Shown: positions 1 to 12,811 of the stretch, in pieces
Position numbering within the stretch: the stretch's first letter is position 1
Layout: each line of letters begins with the position of its first letter
Source of the DNA: Octopus bimaculoides
Lineage: Eukaryota
Assembly: GCF_001194135.2 (NCBI RefSeq)
Contig: NC_068982.1
Span: 133,334,587 to 133,396,185 of the forward strand
DNA length: 61,599 nucleotides
Direction: 5' to 3'
Notes under the pieces: generated by a model
What the model was told of the DNA's origin: nothing
Seen by the model: only the letters and a program-made list of their open reading frames with translations
Databases searched by the model: none
Translations under genes and position numbers: made by a program

Positions 1-169
1 GAAAGACGGAAAGTTCAAAGAATGGAAAAACAGAGGAAGAGAAAATCGGCACCGATGCCCACGAGATTACATTGTGGAAGGACCGGAAGAGAAGGTGGTG
101 GAGGAAAAGTTCTTTCTAAGACAGGAGAGTGAAAAAGGGAGGTGAATATCTGTGCGTGCGCGAGAGTCT

Positions 170-490
170 GCAAGTGTGTGTGTAATAACAGAACGTGTGT
201 GTGCGTATGTATGTGTGTGTGTGTGTGCGTGCGTGGTTTGGTGGTTTATCTGTTGGTGTGTGTTTGTGTGTGAAGTAGTGGAAGGAATTAGTAGCAGGAA
301 TAGTTAGTGGGTGCTTATGGACAATGGTCAGTGGAAGGTCAGGAGGCAGTTTTTGAGTATGTGTGTGTTTGTGTGGGGTTGTAGGTGTTGGGTACGGGTG
401 CATGTGTGTGTATTTTGTACGTGCGCGTGTGTGTACGTGTATGTTTTTGTGCGTGCGTGTGTGTTTGTGTGTATGTGTATGTTGTGTATA
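170..490. repeat. Degenerate (TG)n-rich low-complexity tract
   Basis: Visible tgtgtg/gtgcgt runs. Confidence 0.85.
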
Positions 491-541
491 TCATCATCAT
501 CATCATCATCGTTTAACGTCCGCTTTCCATGCTAGCATGGG
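490..541 (-). mobile_element. Very short 3' tail of the same RTE-derived repeat
   Basis: (cat)n cgtttaacgtccgctttccatgctagcatggg. Confidence 0.8.
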
Positions 542-964
542 ACTCCCATTTGCGCCGTGAACTGGGATTAATCTTCTCTCTTTGCTCCTTTGCGCCACAT
601 GGGCTCAACTCTCCTAAATAACACAAGTAGATGAGTAGCAGAGATGAAATTCATCAGGCAGCAGTGGTGAGAATGCTATTGACAGATACTGATTTCTGCG
701 CCTTTGGGCTTTGTCAGTTATATGAACAGCCTAGCGACCACATTCTAAGATAAAATCCATTGTCACTGATATAGGAAAACCATGATTGAGAAATCTCCGT
801 CATTGCATTTAGCTGCTCAGCTGAATAAAAATCTGTTATATGCAGCAGAAGTAGTAATTAATTACAGTATTTATCTAGAGAAGATAAAGTATTGGGGTTG
901 ATGCAATCAACATGACCCCTCCCCTCAAAATTGCTGGCTTTATGCCAAAATTATAAAGAATTAT

Positions 965-1300
965 CTTTTATCTTTTACTTGTTTCAGTTATCAAACCATG
1001 GCTATGCTGGGGCACCACTCTGAAGAATTTTTAGTTGAATGTATAGATTCCAGTGCTTAGATTTTTTTAAAGCCTGGTACTTATTTTATTGGTCTCTTCT
1101 GCTGAACAGCTAAGTCATAGGGCATAAACACACCAACACTGGTTGTCAAGCGGCATGAGGGGACAAACAGATACAAAGACACATGTGCAATAGTCTTCTT
1201 TCAGTTTCTGTCTACCAGATCCACTCAGAAAGCTTTGTTCAGCTCAAGGCTATAGTAGAAGATATTAGCCCAAGGGGCTGAATCCTGAACAATGTGCTGC
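965..1300 (-). mobile_element. tRNA-derived SINE (CORE-like, octopus OR-type)
   Basis: Shares ttttacttgtttcag...aagaagac...ctactatagcc blocks with the copies at 2985, 24700 and 59925. Confidence 0.75.
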
Positions 1301-1819
1301 TGAGCATTTTGTCTCACTGGCATATAATTAGAATAATAATGATTTCTAACATTAATCACTTGTATGAGCTCCATCTGTCTTGTACCTCACCTCAGATAAT
1401 CCCATGGTGTGCCAATGGAAGTTCTCTGTCCTACACAACTTTGTAATGCCAGAAACTTCTTGTCCCTCCCACACTTCTTCCAGGACATTGACGATTTACT
1501 TCCTGTCACCCTAACCACACCCATCCTTCACTCCTCTCTTAACATTCCATATACAAATACCATCCACATGCAACCTAGACACATCAAGTGTGTAGACTTC
1601 CTGAACAGAGATCTCTGAAGCATTCTCTAATGATGATATGCTAACCTCATCACCTTCAACAACACATATTCACTATCACTGCTTATATACAAGGGAAACA
1701 CTTCTAGCCATAGACAACAGGCAACTAAAAACCTTCAAAGTTGTAGCAAAAGACAGGCCTTAACTGAGGAACTTTCCTGGCAATCACATCAACAATATAT
1801 TAAAACTGGCCTTCAATTC

Positions 1820-2255
1820 ATGGTTGTGTTGTTAAGAAGTTTGTTTCCCAACGACACGATTTCAGATTCAGTCCCACTGTACAACACTTTGGGCAAGTGT
1901 CTTCTACTATAAGTCCAACCAAAGGCCTATAAGTGAATTTGATAGATGGCAACTGAAAGAAGCCTGTCGTATATATGCATACAAATTCATAATAATATAT
2001 GAATGCAGGTATGTACATCCATGTCTTGACATGATACAATGGTTGTAGTTGAGCATCACCAGAATACGAGTGAGGCTGTTCTTTAGTCTTTTGCTAAACA
2101 CATATGCCCATGAAGAAATATTACCATGCTTGGAAACAAATGCAGATTGGTGACAGGAAGTGCTTCTGACTGTAGAAAAGCTCTACCTCAACAAATTGAC
2201 CAATGCAAACATAGAAAAGTGGAACTTAAGATGCTGGTGATGATGCTGATGATGA
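1820..2255 (+). mobile_element. tRNA-derived SINE with CORE-like block and RTE-like tail
   Basis: tRNA-like head (tggttgtgttgttaag...ttcagtcccac), ttgggcaagtgtcttctactata, (gat)n tail. Confidence 0.75.
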
Positions 2256-2645
2256 AAGTGAGTGACAAAGAATGCCTGATATATTCCTTATAATACTAGT
2301 AAGAGAAAGTACATGGTTCAGTAGCTAAGGAATTTGGCTCATGATTGTTAAATTTTGAACTCAATTCCTGGTGACATGTGTTCTTCAGGGAGGCATTTTA
2401 TTTCTTGTTGCTCTAGTTCATTCACCTGACAAAAATGAGTAGGAGCTGTAATTCAAAGGGTCGGCCTTGTCATACTCTGCATCATACTGAATATCCCTGA
2501 GAACTACATTAAGGGTACGTATGTCTGTGGAGTGCTTAGTCACTTGGATGTTAATTTCAGGAGTTGGCTGTTAGGTTGGCCGTATCAACTGGAATATTTG
2601 TCACCAGAACTAATGGAGAACCAGGCCAATACTAGTAAACAGAAA

Positions 2646-2850
2646 GGTGACGAATGTTAGCATGCTGGGCAAAATGCTTAGTGGTATTTCATGTCTTTAT
2701 GTTCTGAGATCAAATTCTGCTGAGGTCAGCTTTACCTTTCATCCTTTCGGGGTTGATAAATTAAGTACCAGTTGCATACTGGGGCCAATCTAATTGACTG
2801 GCCCCCTCCCCCAAAATTTCGGGCCTTGTGCCTAGAGTAGAAAAAAATAC
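2646..2850 (+). mobile_element. tRNA-derived SINE with Meta-domain-like block
   Basis: cctttcatcctttcggggttgataaattaagtaccag. Related copies at 6555, 35650 and 35845. The Meta assignment is from recall. Confidence 0.7.
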
Positions 2851-2984
2851 TAGTAAATAGAAATTCTCTGTCAAGGCTTGAAAATTTTTACACTTGAAAA
2901 ACTGTAGCTGAAACAAAATAAACCTGACCGGTTGTGTATAGTTTGTCCATTTAACATCCATTTTACCATGCTAACATGGGTTAT

Positions 2985-3328
2985 ATTTTACTTGTTTTAG
3001 CCACTGGGTTGGGGCCATGCTGGGGCATTGCCTTGAAGGGGTTAGTCAAACAAATCAACTCCAGTACATCAGTCTCTTTTGCTGTACCACTAAGCTCCTG
3101 AGATGTAAACAAATGAACACCAGTTACTGAACAGTAGGGAGACAGAAACACACACATTTATGTATACATACACAATATGCTTCCACACAGTTTCCGACTA
3201 CCAAATTCACTTACAAGGCATCGGTAAGCTCAGGATTACAGTAGAAAACACCTGCTCAAAGTGCCATGCAGTGGGATTGAACCCTAACAACACATGGTTG
3301 CAAAGTGAGCTTAATCACACAGCCACAA
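2985..3328 (-). mobile_element. tRNA-derived CORE-like SINE
   Basis: Colinear with 965-1300, ending in the reverse-complement tRNA-like head. Confidence 0.7.
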
Positions 3329-4329
3329 GTTTTTTTCTAAAGCTCAAAATATATGCTACAACAAATATAGTAGGATCTCACGTATGTAATAAAGAGAGTT
3401 GACAGGCTTCAATTAAGACACATTGTACATGAAATTAACAAAACCCGCCTCTAGTGTACTTAGAATCTATGCTTTGCTTTTAGCCAAAAGGTTAAAAACT
3501 GAATTGGTGCTGAAAAGTGGAGATCCAGCCATCACCTTGCATGCAAACAATGGAGCCCATGTGAAAGTGTTCTGATGCTTCTAGTAAAACTTTGTTTGCA
3601 TATATTTTCCAATGTTTGCATGTTATCCTTATTTTTAATTTTTTTCTTTTTTCAAACTGTAAAAGTAATTTTATGGACACCCTGTTTAATCTTAAACAAA
3701 TTTCTTGGGTGTATACTTAGAGCACAATAAAATTAATAGCTGGATATTCTTGCTGTTGCTGACCTTTTACAGCATGAATTGGGTACTAAATACAAGATGT
3801 GGGCTCACACTTTATAATAAAAGTATGTTTCTCATTTACTATATAACACTTAGAGGGTTTATTATTTTAGATAAGTTAATATTTGACTTACCACATTTTC
3901 TACATCACTTTTAGATGCAGTATAGTATTTGTAATTTAAACACATTCCACCATATTAATAGAACTATATTGAAATTCATCTTACAATACAACACATTACG
4001 ACTTCAGTAATCCCAGTACATTACAGATGCTCTTTTCATCGCCTTTTTAATCTCTGGTTTCCTAATCAAATGGCATTAAGCAAATTAAATCTTCCTCTGG
4101 ATGAAACACCAGTCTACTGCAAATAACTTTCTCTACAGGAGTAATGAAATTCAGCATTGTAGGTCAATGGATCTTTAAATTTTACAAAGCAGCTATTGTT
4201 TAGAGTTGTGAATTATACCACCTGTTGCACATACAAAGAATCAACTAAACTCAAGTGTTGAGAATCAAATATCCTGTTTACAGCAGGGAATTATAATAAA
4301 ATAGTACTTCTCTTTGCAATCTTCTTTAG

Positions 4330-4740
4330 CATGGTACTGTGGGCAGTCATCTACATCCATTTCAACAGAGATGGGAACACATTCAACCCTCAACAGCTCT
4401 TTGTTTGCACAAAAACTCTAGAGGAGCTCATCCTTGACCTGCTGTTTGCAAATGACTGTGCTCTTCTAGCACACATACAGGAGGTCCTCCAAACAATGAT
4501 GTTTAACTTCATTAAGGCAGCCAAGGTTGCTTTCAGACCACTGCAAGCAATGTTGAGAAGGCCAGAGCAAACTGCAGCGGATGAGAAACACCAAAGGAGG
4601 CAAGAATCATTGTCACAACCCCCCATCTGACCAAAACCTATGTATCTTCCACAAGTGTGCCAGAGCCTGTCTACATATCCATTTAAGGGCTTGTTGTTCT
4701 TCCTCATGCTCACCAGACATGAAGAACAACCGTCACCCGT
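4330..4740 (+). mobile_element. RTE-BovB-like LINE relic
   Basis: ELILDLLFANDCALLAH resembles the RTE DLLFADDCAL motif. Confidence 0.7.
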
Positions 4741-5734
4741 AACTATATATAATTAACTGAACTCAAGTATTGGGAATTGAATATTTGTTAACAGGAGTGA
4801 ATAATATCATTGAGAAGTGCCTACGTAGAATTAACTAAAGTGTTTACAGTTAAATGTCTCATTTACAATGGTTTAAAACAGTAGTACCTATATAGTATTA
4901 ACTGGTTTCAAGCATTGAGAATTGTCTTGTTCATTGGTTCAATGCTGTACTGGTGAGAGGATATGAACTGCCAGTTCATATTCTGTTGATTCAGCTATAT
5001 ATACTCACCCATTAGGTGATCTGAGATAACTTTAGGCAACATGAATGCTGTCAATAAACTTTAACAAGACAATGAAGTGGATAAAATGAACAGGACATTG
5101 GACTAAATAGCATAATAGTATTTAGTCCAACCTGGTTACATTCTAAGTTCAAATGCCACCAGTGTTAATAAAAGAAGTATTAGTAATAATACTGGAGTCA
5201 GTTCAGTCAACCATACACAGCCCTCTCTAAGATTTGTTAGTGGATAATGGAAGAAATCCCAACTCCTATAATAGTTCCTTGTGAATAAATAATAGACAAC
5301 AATTTTTAAATATTTCAAATACAGAAGAAAACTAATCCGCAAGAAAATACTTTAAAAATAATTCAATCTTTATAATATTAAGGTCGTTAGTTTTTTTGTT
5401 TTGTTTTTTTTGTTTTGTTTTCTTTTTTATTTCTAAAAACATTTCAATTTAGTGATCAACATGATAACCACCACACACACACATCTATTCGGAAGGAGTA
5501 GTAAAAGAGAACTCCATTATCACTGATACAAAAACTTAACAATGATTGTACTGAAATACAATAAATTAAAACTGTTTGATAAGACACAAGTAAAAAAAAA
5601 TAAAGTAATCAACTGTGCCATTTATGAACATGTTTTGCTTTTTTTTGTTTTTGTTTTTGTTTTTCAGTTTTTTCCTTATAAGGTAAATAGATTATACAAT
5701 AATATACTCAATAAAATGTATACATCAACAACTG

Positions 5735-5740
5735 TTTATT
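5735..5740 (-). promoter_or_regulatory. Putative TFG polyadenylation signal (AATAAA)
   Basis: AATAAA on the minus strand about 565 nt after the stop, followed by GU/U-rich CAGTTGTTGATGTAT. A UGUAAAUA Pumilio-type motif lies at 5902-5895. Such hexamers are common in AT-rich DNA. Confidence 0.4.
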
Positions 5741-6303
5741 GATCTTTACAGCCTTAACTGAACAAAATATATCATTCTAGAGACAAAAAAAAAAAAATGA
5801 AAAAAGAAATGGATAAAAATTATATAAAATTAAAATCAAGCTTTAATCCAGTATTAACATTGTTTGTATTTTAAATTTAAGGCTGCAATAATCCTATTTA
5901 CATACACAGGCTTTAACTCAGAACAATAACATATATAATGCAGTAATTCCAATTTGAATATTTTCGAAAAGATATTTTACAATATAAAGCATCACTTGCA
6001 ATACAAACATCTCTTACGAGTTTCTGATTCCTTTTAGCATAGGCTACAAATATAACCTGTCTATTTGAACACAATAGCAATCTTTTATCAACTATTATTA
6101 TTATTATTATTATAATTATCTTTTCTTTCTTTTTTTTTTAGAAACAAATTCCGTTTGAAGACTGTTATAGAATGGTGTGTTGGAGAATGTTACAGTATTT
6201 TTGTTATTTTTAGTTATTATTTGAACCGAGTCAGAGTTTGGTAAATGCATTAACAGTACCAGTGAAACAGTTATTCTAACACAGTGTGTGCACTTTTGGG
6301 TCT

Positions 6304-6501
6304 TCATAATGGGGGATATTTAGCAGCTGGTCGAGGATACCCTCCACCATAAGTTGAACCTGGACCTCTGGCATAAGGGTTTGATCCACCTTCAGACATT
6401 GGGGGTGGTGTGGCAGAAGTGCTGCTTACTTGAGGGCTGTAGCCAAACTGTTGGTTTGCTTGAGACTGATGTGGAACTTGGCCTGGCATCTGCGGTTGAC
6501 C
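6304..6501 (-). CDS. TFG: TFG canonical terminal coding exon (GQPQMPGQV...SATPPPMSEGGSNPYARGPGSTYGGGYPRPAAKYPPL*)
   Basis: TPPP...NPYARG corresponds to the TFG C-terminal TPPPSGPNPYARN. Acceptor ccacag|GGT is phase 0, matching exon 6. TGA at 6306-6304. Confidence 0.92.
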   Translation of the reverse strand, partial: GQPQMPGQVPHQSQANQQFGYSPQVSSTSATPPPMSEGGSNPYARGPGSTYGGGYPRPAAKYPPL

Positions 6502-6554
6502 CTGTGGTAACAATAATAACAACAATAATAATAATAATAACAATAATGACAATA

Positions 6555-6773
6555 TTAGTTTCTGGTTTAGGCACAAGGCCAACAATTTCAAGGGAGTGGG
6601 ATTAATTGTTAACATTGATCCCAGTACTTGACTGGTACTTTATTTTATTGGCCTTGAAGGGATAAAAGGCAAAGTTGGGCTCAGCAGGATTTGAACTCAG
6701 AATGTAAAGAGCCAGAAGAAATACTGCAAGGCATTTTGTCTGAGGCTCTAATGATTCTGTCAATCCACCACCC
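6555..6773 (-). mobile_element. Meta-like SINE just upstream of the terminal exon acceptor
   Basis: Reverse-complement match to 2646-2850. Confidence 0.7.
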
Positions 6774-9360
6774 TAACAACAAGAGGTTTATACTGCCATA
6801 ATTCATAGATAAATATATATATATATTGATATACTCATCACAAGGCAAATAAAATTGAACTGAAAAGAATAAATAATTGAATAAGAATAAAACTAAAATT
6901 TACATGTTCATACTTTTAAGTTAAGCAATTGCAAACTCACATTACTTTCAAAGCACAAATTCAAATAAATAAATAAAATAAATAAACAAAACTAAATAAA
7001 AATTGCAATCACAGAAGTTATTTGAGTTTGTATACACTGAATGTCAGAATAATGCATTTTCCTTGTTCAATCTTAGATTAGTTTTCAACATATATAATAT
7101 AAATTTAATATTAAAATTAGTTATTCATATAACTGGAGTTTCTTGTGATATCATACAAGTAGTTACTAGTTTACTTATGTGAAATGAACAAAACTGGGTT
7201 TTTTTAGTATATATTTTATTCATTTCAATGATTATAAGCACACATACATACACATGAGCCATAAGAAACCAGTTTTAACAAACACAAAGCTAAGATTGAT
7301 GGAATTGAAACATTCCAGTAAAAAGAGGTGATATATCTGAAGTTCTGCAGTTCAAATTTTTGCTAGATCAAAAAAATAAGCCTAAAGGACAGTGTGCTAT
7401 GTACAGCAGAGGTTGGCATGTTAACAATAGTTCCAATCTTAACCAGAAATCCAGCCAGAACTGTTTCAGTATAATAAACTAGCATCTTGTCCAAAGGAAA
7501 ATGTTCCTCAACTAGTTATTGAGATGAATTCAAACTTTAGCAAAAATCTCTAAACATTTATATTTTAGGGGACAACAACTTGGAACTGTGGAAGACGCAA
7601 GGTTCTAGCTAAATAGAAGGCAAAACGGGAGTGGAGTGGTATAATTTGAAGAACCATAGAGATTACATTTCAGGTCTGAAAAGAATGGAAGATAGTAGGG
7701 AGCAAAGAATATCTCCAGTAGCTTGAAGATAAGCCAGGAATCAAGAAATACTTAGCAAGGAGAGAAGCAGAAAGTAAGAGGTCTGCCAATGTTCTATCAA
7801 GTAAGGGTTAAAGGTGGGAGTTGTTCTGCCTTGCAAATCAATGTACCAGCATCAATCAATATAGCATTGGTGAAAAGTATGGATATAATGAGAGTTGCAC
7901 ATCTCCCTTGACAGGTACCAAGAAAAAGCTATAGAAATGCTGTTACATGAGGATGCTGAATGAGATCAGTGCTCGGAAGAGAGAAAGAGCTAAAAAAAGG
8001 CATTATTGGAGATTGGCTAACAGAGGGTTCAAATGGTATCAAAGATATGAAAGCAAGGAGAGCAGCCTGACCACCAGAGATAGTTAATGAGAGGTTGATA
8101 TAGGACATGTACATCTGACTGACTTGGTAAATGACTAGTACAGGATGTTAGTGTCCATTAAGAATAAAGTTTAAATGAACTGGGAGAAAAACCGAGTTTA
8201 AGAGGAATCAGATGTAGTGTGCAGGACAGCAGACTGAATTGGTGTAGAGATGTGATGTATGTGGAGAATGACAGCTGGGTAAAAACAAAATGCCAAATGA
8301 TCCAAAGAGAATGAAACAGCAGAAGATGAAGGCCAAGAAAGATATGTGAAGAAGTGGTAAAGGCTGATTTCAGGAGGCTGAACCTCACAAAGCAAATGAC
8401 AAGTGGCAAGATGCTGTGCTGGAGAAAATTTGATCAAACCATACAAGCATGAAAAAATGAAAATGAAACAAGGATGAAGATTATATCTATATACATGTTG
8501 TTTTTGTAAGCATATAACATGAAATGCTTAACAAATTTACTGTTAACTGTGTTTGTTTATGAGTTGGTAGATCTGTGATCATGTATTTTTGGTGAAAAAC
8601 TTCATAGGAAGAATACAACCAATACAAAAGTAGTGTATTACATTGTGAGGATTAAACCGATTTTTGAAAATATAGTTACAAAAAGCTTATTCAAATTATT
8701 CAACAAAAACATTTCAATCATTTTTGGCTATTATTAAAATTAAGGAATATTCTTGTTAGGACCAAATTTATACTTATTCTTGCAATTATCCATATCAACT
8801 GGAATGTTTTAGGTTCATATTTTATCAATGGAAATATGCTATTTCTAGGTCAAAAAATTCTTTTAATGGTTCAATTCAACAAACTGCAAAAATAAGTACA
8901 ATGTAGAAGAGCAAAGAAAGAATGCTGTGTTACATAAAATTTTGCCAATTTGCAGAGGTAGGTTCAAATCACCCCACAACCCACAGGCAAAGCATGGAAA
9001 TAATTGGCAATTTGTCAGGGCAGATATAGATTTCCTGCACCTTAATGTTTTGAGAGTGAACAACTACAGGAGACATTCTTCAATAATGGAGGTGAATGAA
9101 ATAGGAAAACAAATAATTTTAATAATATGGAAGAGATTTCTGAAAATTTTATGAATAAAGATAGAACACAGAAAAATAGACAAATGGAAATTCAAAGATT
9201 GTTTATACGAATATTTGATCATTATGTAAATAGTTTGGTGGCACTAAAAATTTTTACATAATAATGGAATATGGGAAAAAGAAAGCCTGCTTAACTACAA
9301 ATTGATTACTGACTCCCATAGTTCAGAGGTCTCTTTTGTGTGTGTGTGTGTGGGGGGGGG

Positions 9361-9616
9361 NNNNNNNNNNNNNNNNNNNNNNNNNNNNNNNNNNNNNNNN
9401 NNNNNNNNNNNNNNNNNNNNNNNNNNNNNNNNNNNNNNNNNNNNNNNNNNNNNNNNNNNNNNNNNNNNNNNNNNNNNNNNNNNNNNNNNNNNNNNNNNNN
9501 NNNNNNNNNNNNNNNNNNNNNNNNNNNNNNNNNNNNNNNNNNNNNNNNNNNNNNNNNNNNNNNNNNNNNNNNNNNNNNNNNNNNNNNNNNNNNNNNNNNN
9601 NNNNNNNNNNNNNNNN
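9361..9616. other. Assembly gap
   Basis: N run between poly-G and (TA)n. Confidence 1.
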
Positions 9617-9656
<40 letters not shown>

Positions 9657-10187
9657 TATATAACTAGAATGAGAGAGAAAAAAAGTATTGAGACAGTCTT
9701 CTTTCAAGTATTTCTTGCAATTAAAACAATTTTTTTTTAATAATTTAAACCAGCTATGACTAAATCTTACTACCTCAAGATTTACCAGTTAAAACTGGTG
9801 TTCTTTCATATAATGACAGCTTAAGAAAACCCACCAAAAATAATTTATACAGCATGATTAATAACCAACTACCTCAAAGACTGATAAGAAACTTAACAGT
9901 TCAAGGCCAATTGATGGATATTAACCTTGAAGAAGATATACAAGTAAGGTGAATTACAGGAAGCCTTTAGGTTTGACTGTTTTTTAGAAATCATTTTTCA
10001 TTGAGAAATTCCACTCACAATAAATGTTACGTTAATTTTAAATACTCATCTTAGTAAGCATTTGGTTCATTTATAAAATATCTGATTAGCTAACCATCAA
10101 TGATTGCTGGTATGATCACATACGTGGTACCAATGCAACAGATTTAGACTTACAAAAGTATGTATGTATGTATGTGTGTGTGTGTGC

Positions 10188-10218
<31 letters not shown>

Positions 10219-10740
10219 NNNNNNNNNNNNNNNNNNNNNNNNNNNNNNNNNNNNNNNNNNNNNNNNNNNNNNNNNNNNNNNNNNNNNNNNNNNNNNNNNN
10301 NNNNNNNNNNNNNNNNNNNNNNNNNNNNNNNNNNNNNNNNNNNNNNNNNNNNNNNNNNNNNNNNNNNNNNNNNNNNNNNNNNNNNNNNNNNNNNNNNNNN
10401 NNNNNNNNNNNNNNNNNNNNNNNNNNNNNNNNNNNNNNNNNNNNNNNNNNNNNNNNNNNNNNNNNNNNNNNNNNNNNNNNNNNNNNNNNNNNNNNNNNNN
10501 NNNNNNNNNNNNNNNNNNNNNNNNNNNNNNNNNNNNNNNNNNNNNNNNNNNNNNNNNNNNNNNNNNNNNNNNNNNNNNNNNNNNNNNNNNNNNNNNNNNN
10601 NNNNNNNNNNNNNNNNNNNNNNNNNNNNNNNNNNNNNNNNNNNNNNNNNNNNNNNNNNNNNNNNNNNNNNNNNNNNNNNNNNNNNNNNNNNNNNNNNNNN
10701 NNNNNNNNNNNNNNNNNNNNNNNNNNNNNNNNNNNNNNNN
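10219..10740. other. Assembly gap
   Basis: N run flanked by (TA)n on both sides. Confidence 1.
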
Positions 10741-10785
<45 letters not shown>

Positions 10786-11522
10786 CCAGTATTAGTAATT
10801 ACAGCCACAACACGGAAGCATTACATACAACATTGAACTGTCACAATTATAACAGTAGAACCACAATTAGAATACTACAAATACAATTACTAAAGTACAA
10901 TTGCTACTGCTTCTACTACTACTACTACTATGATAACTACAACTGCTAAAACTACTACTACTGCTGTCAAAACATGGACATACAGACAAGGATTTTACAA
11001 CAAATAACACAAACATTGACAGCAAACAAGTTAACTTTACACAACACGACATTAAAACAAAAAGAAAAAGACAAAAAAGAACAACAAAAAAGAATTTACC
11101 ATTTCCATCTAATATGTACTATTTTAATGCTTACAGATCTGCCACCCTTCCTCATGTGTCAACCCACAGATATACAGAATTACCTATCAACCAACTTGTT
11201 ACATCAGCTCTACTCTTCATTAATACTCACCTTATTTATACTGAATCAAGAGGTGAAGGAAATGTCTGGACTCAGGGGTATAGAAACACTAGATGAAATA
11301 AACTTTCATTTAACAAATAATCTTTAACAATAGTTTCCCATATAGAATAATTGAAGAGCATCAGTTTTCCGACATGAACACAGAAACAAATATCACACAT
11401 TTTTCACCATTATGTCTTGTCCTGTCAATAGGCTTACATTTTAGGTTGTTGATTGTTTAGAAGATACAGCTGAATTATATCTAGTAAAACCATTATGTAA
11501 ACGTATTCGTCAAGCTTTAAGG

Positions 11523-12772
11523 CAGGAGTCTCCAAACTTTTCAACATAAGGGCCATATTGTATATTTTGCAAAATTAAGCCAACCAAAGCAAAAAAAAGC
11601 CTATTTATAAAGGTAAAAGGTTCATAATACATCAATTCTTATTAAAATGTGTTTTGTGTATATTTATTGCTTTCATGTAACCTTTTTGAAATCAAATGAA
11701 ATTATCCATTAATCCATATTAATTTTCTGTAATTAAAAATATTCCCATGAAAAAATATTGTTTTCATACTTTTTTTTTTTATTCGAGCGAGATCGTTGCC
11801 AGTGCCCTTGGACTGGCTCTTGTGCGGGTGGCACATGAAATACACCATTTTGAGCATGGCCGTTGCCAGTACCGCCTGACTGGCCTTCGTGCGGGTGACA
11901 CGTAAAAGCACCCACTACACTCTCTGAGTGGTTGGCGTTAGGAAGGGCATCCAGCTGTAGAAACTCTGCCAAATCAGATTGGGGCCTGGTGTAGCCATCT
12001 GGTTTCACCAGTCCTCAGTCAAATCGTCCAACCCAAGCTAGCATGGAAAGCGGACGTTAAACGACGACGACGACTTTCCCTAAAATTGCTATTTTCAATA
12101 GACTTCCAAAAAATTTTTTTAATGGGAATTTATAGAAACTAGTAAACAAATTTTCTAATTTGAAGATGTCATTAACCCCTTGAAACTTCAGTTTCATAGA
12201 ACCACTGATAAAATTGACTTTGAATGAGCAGATAAATTTGCTCTGAAGAAGGATTTGACATCTTTCATTTAAGTAAACTTTATTCATAAAGTTTGATCAA
12301 GATTGATCAAAGATTTTGTATCAAAGATTGATACAAAACTACAGGAAAAGTTCTTTAAATCAAGAAACCTTTCATTTGTTAAAGTTTCTTAAATTTCCTT
12401 CTTTACATTTGTCTTTCAACATGCTTAACTGAAAGTCTGTCATTTCTAGTCATACCAGGTTCTAATCTGATTTGGCATAGAAACCATGCCAAATCAGATT
12501 GGAACCTGGGGCAGCTTTCCAGTCTATCAGTTTCAATCAAACCGTCTGACTCATGCCAGCATGGAAAGCAGATGCTAAATGATGATGATGATGATGATGA
12601 TAAACTTCTTCAAATAACTTGATTTCTACCACCTTGGCAGAATCCACTTTTCTTCTATAAACTCTTCCATGAAATTATAAATATTATTTGGGCTTAACAA
12701 ATGTGAACAGATTATGCCTCAAATTGTGTTCTTACAATTTCAGATTAAACTGACTTAAATGGCCTGTCAAAT

Positions 12773-12811
<39 letters not shown>

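Noticed and set aside
116-560. His/Thr- or Val/Cys-rich ORFs
   Set aside because: Translations of TG/CA and CAT microsatellites.
7450-8460. Purine-rich tract suggestive of an old LINE (also 1370-1720 and 52900-53880)
   Set aside because: No ordered RT or endonuclease motifs could be recovered by hand, so it is left unclassified.
9295-10949. Long ORFs in the track
   Set aside because: They are artefacts of N runs and (TA)n repeats; the same applies to 18725-19125 and 28547-29376.
11790-11910. Repeat-spacer-like units (cgttgccagt...gactggc...gcgggtg)
   Set aside because: Internal tandem units of the RTE 3' UTR with similar spacers, not a CRISPR array; the DNA is eukaryotic.
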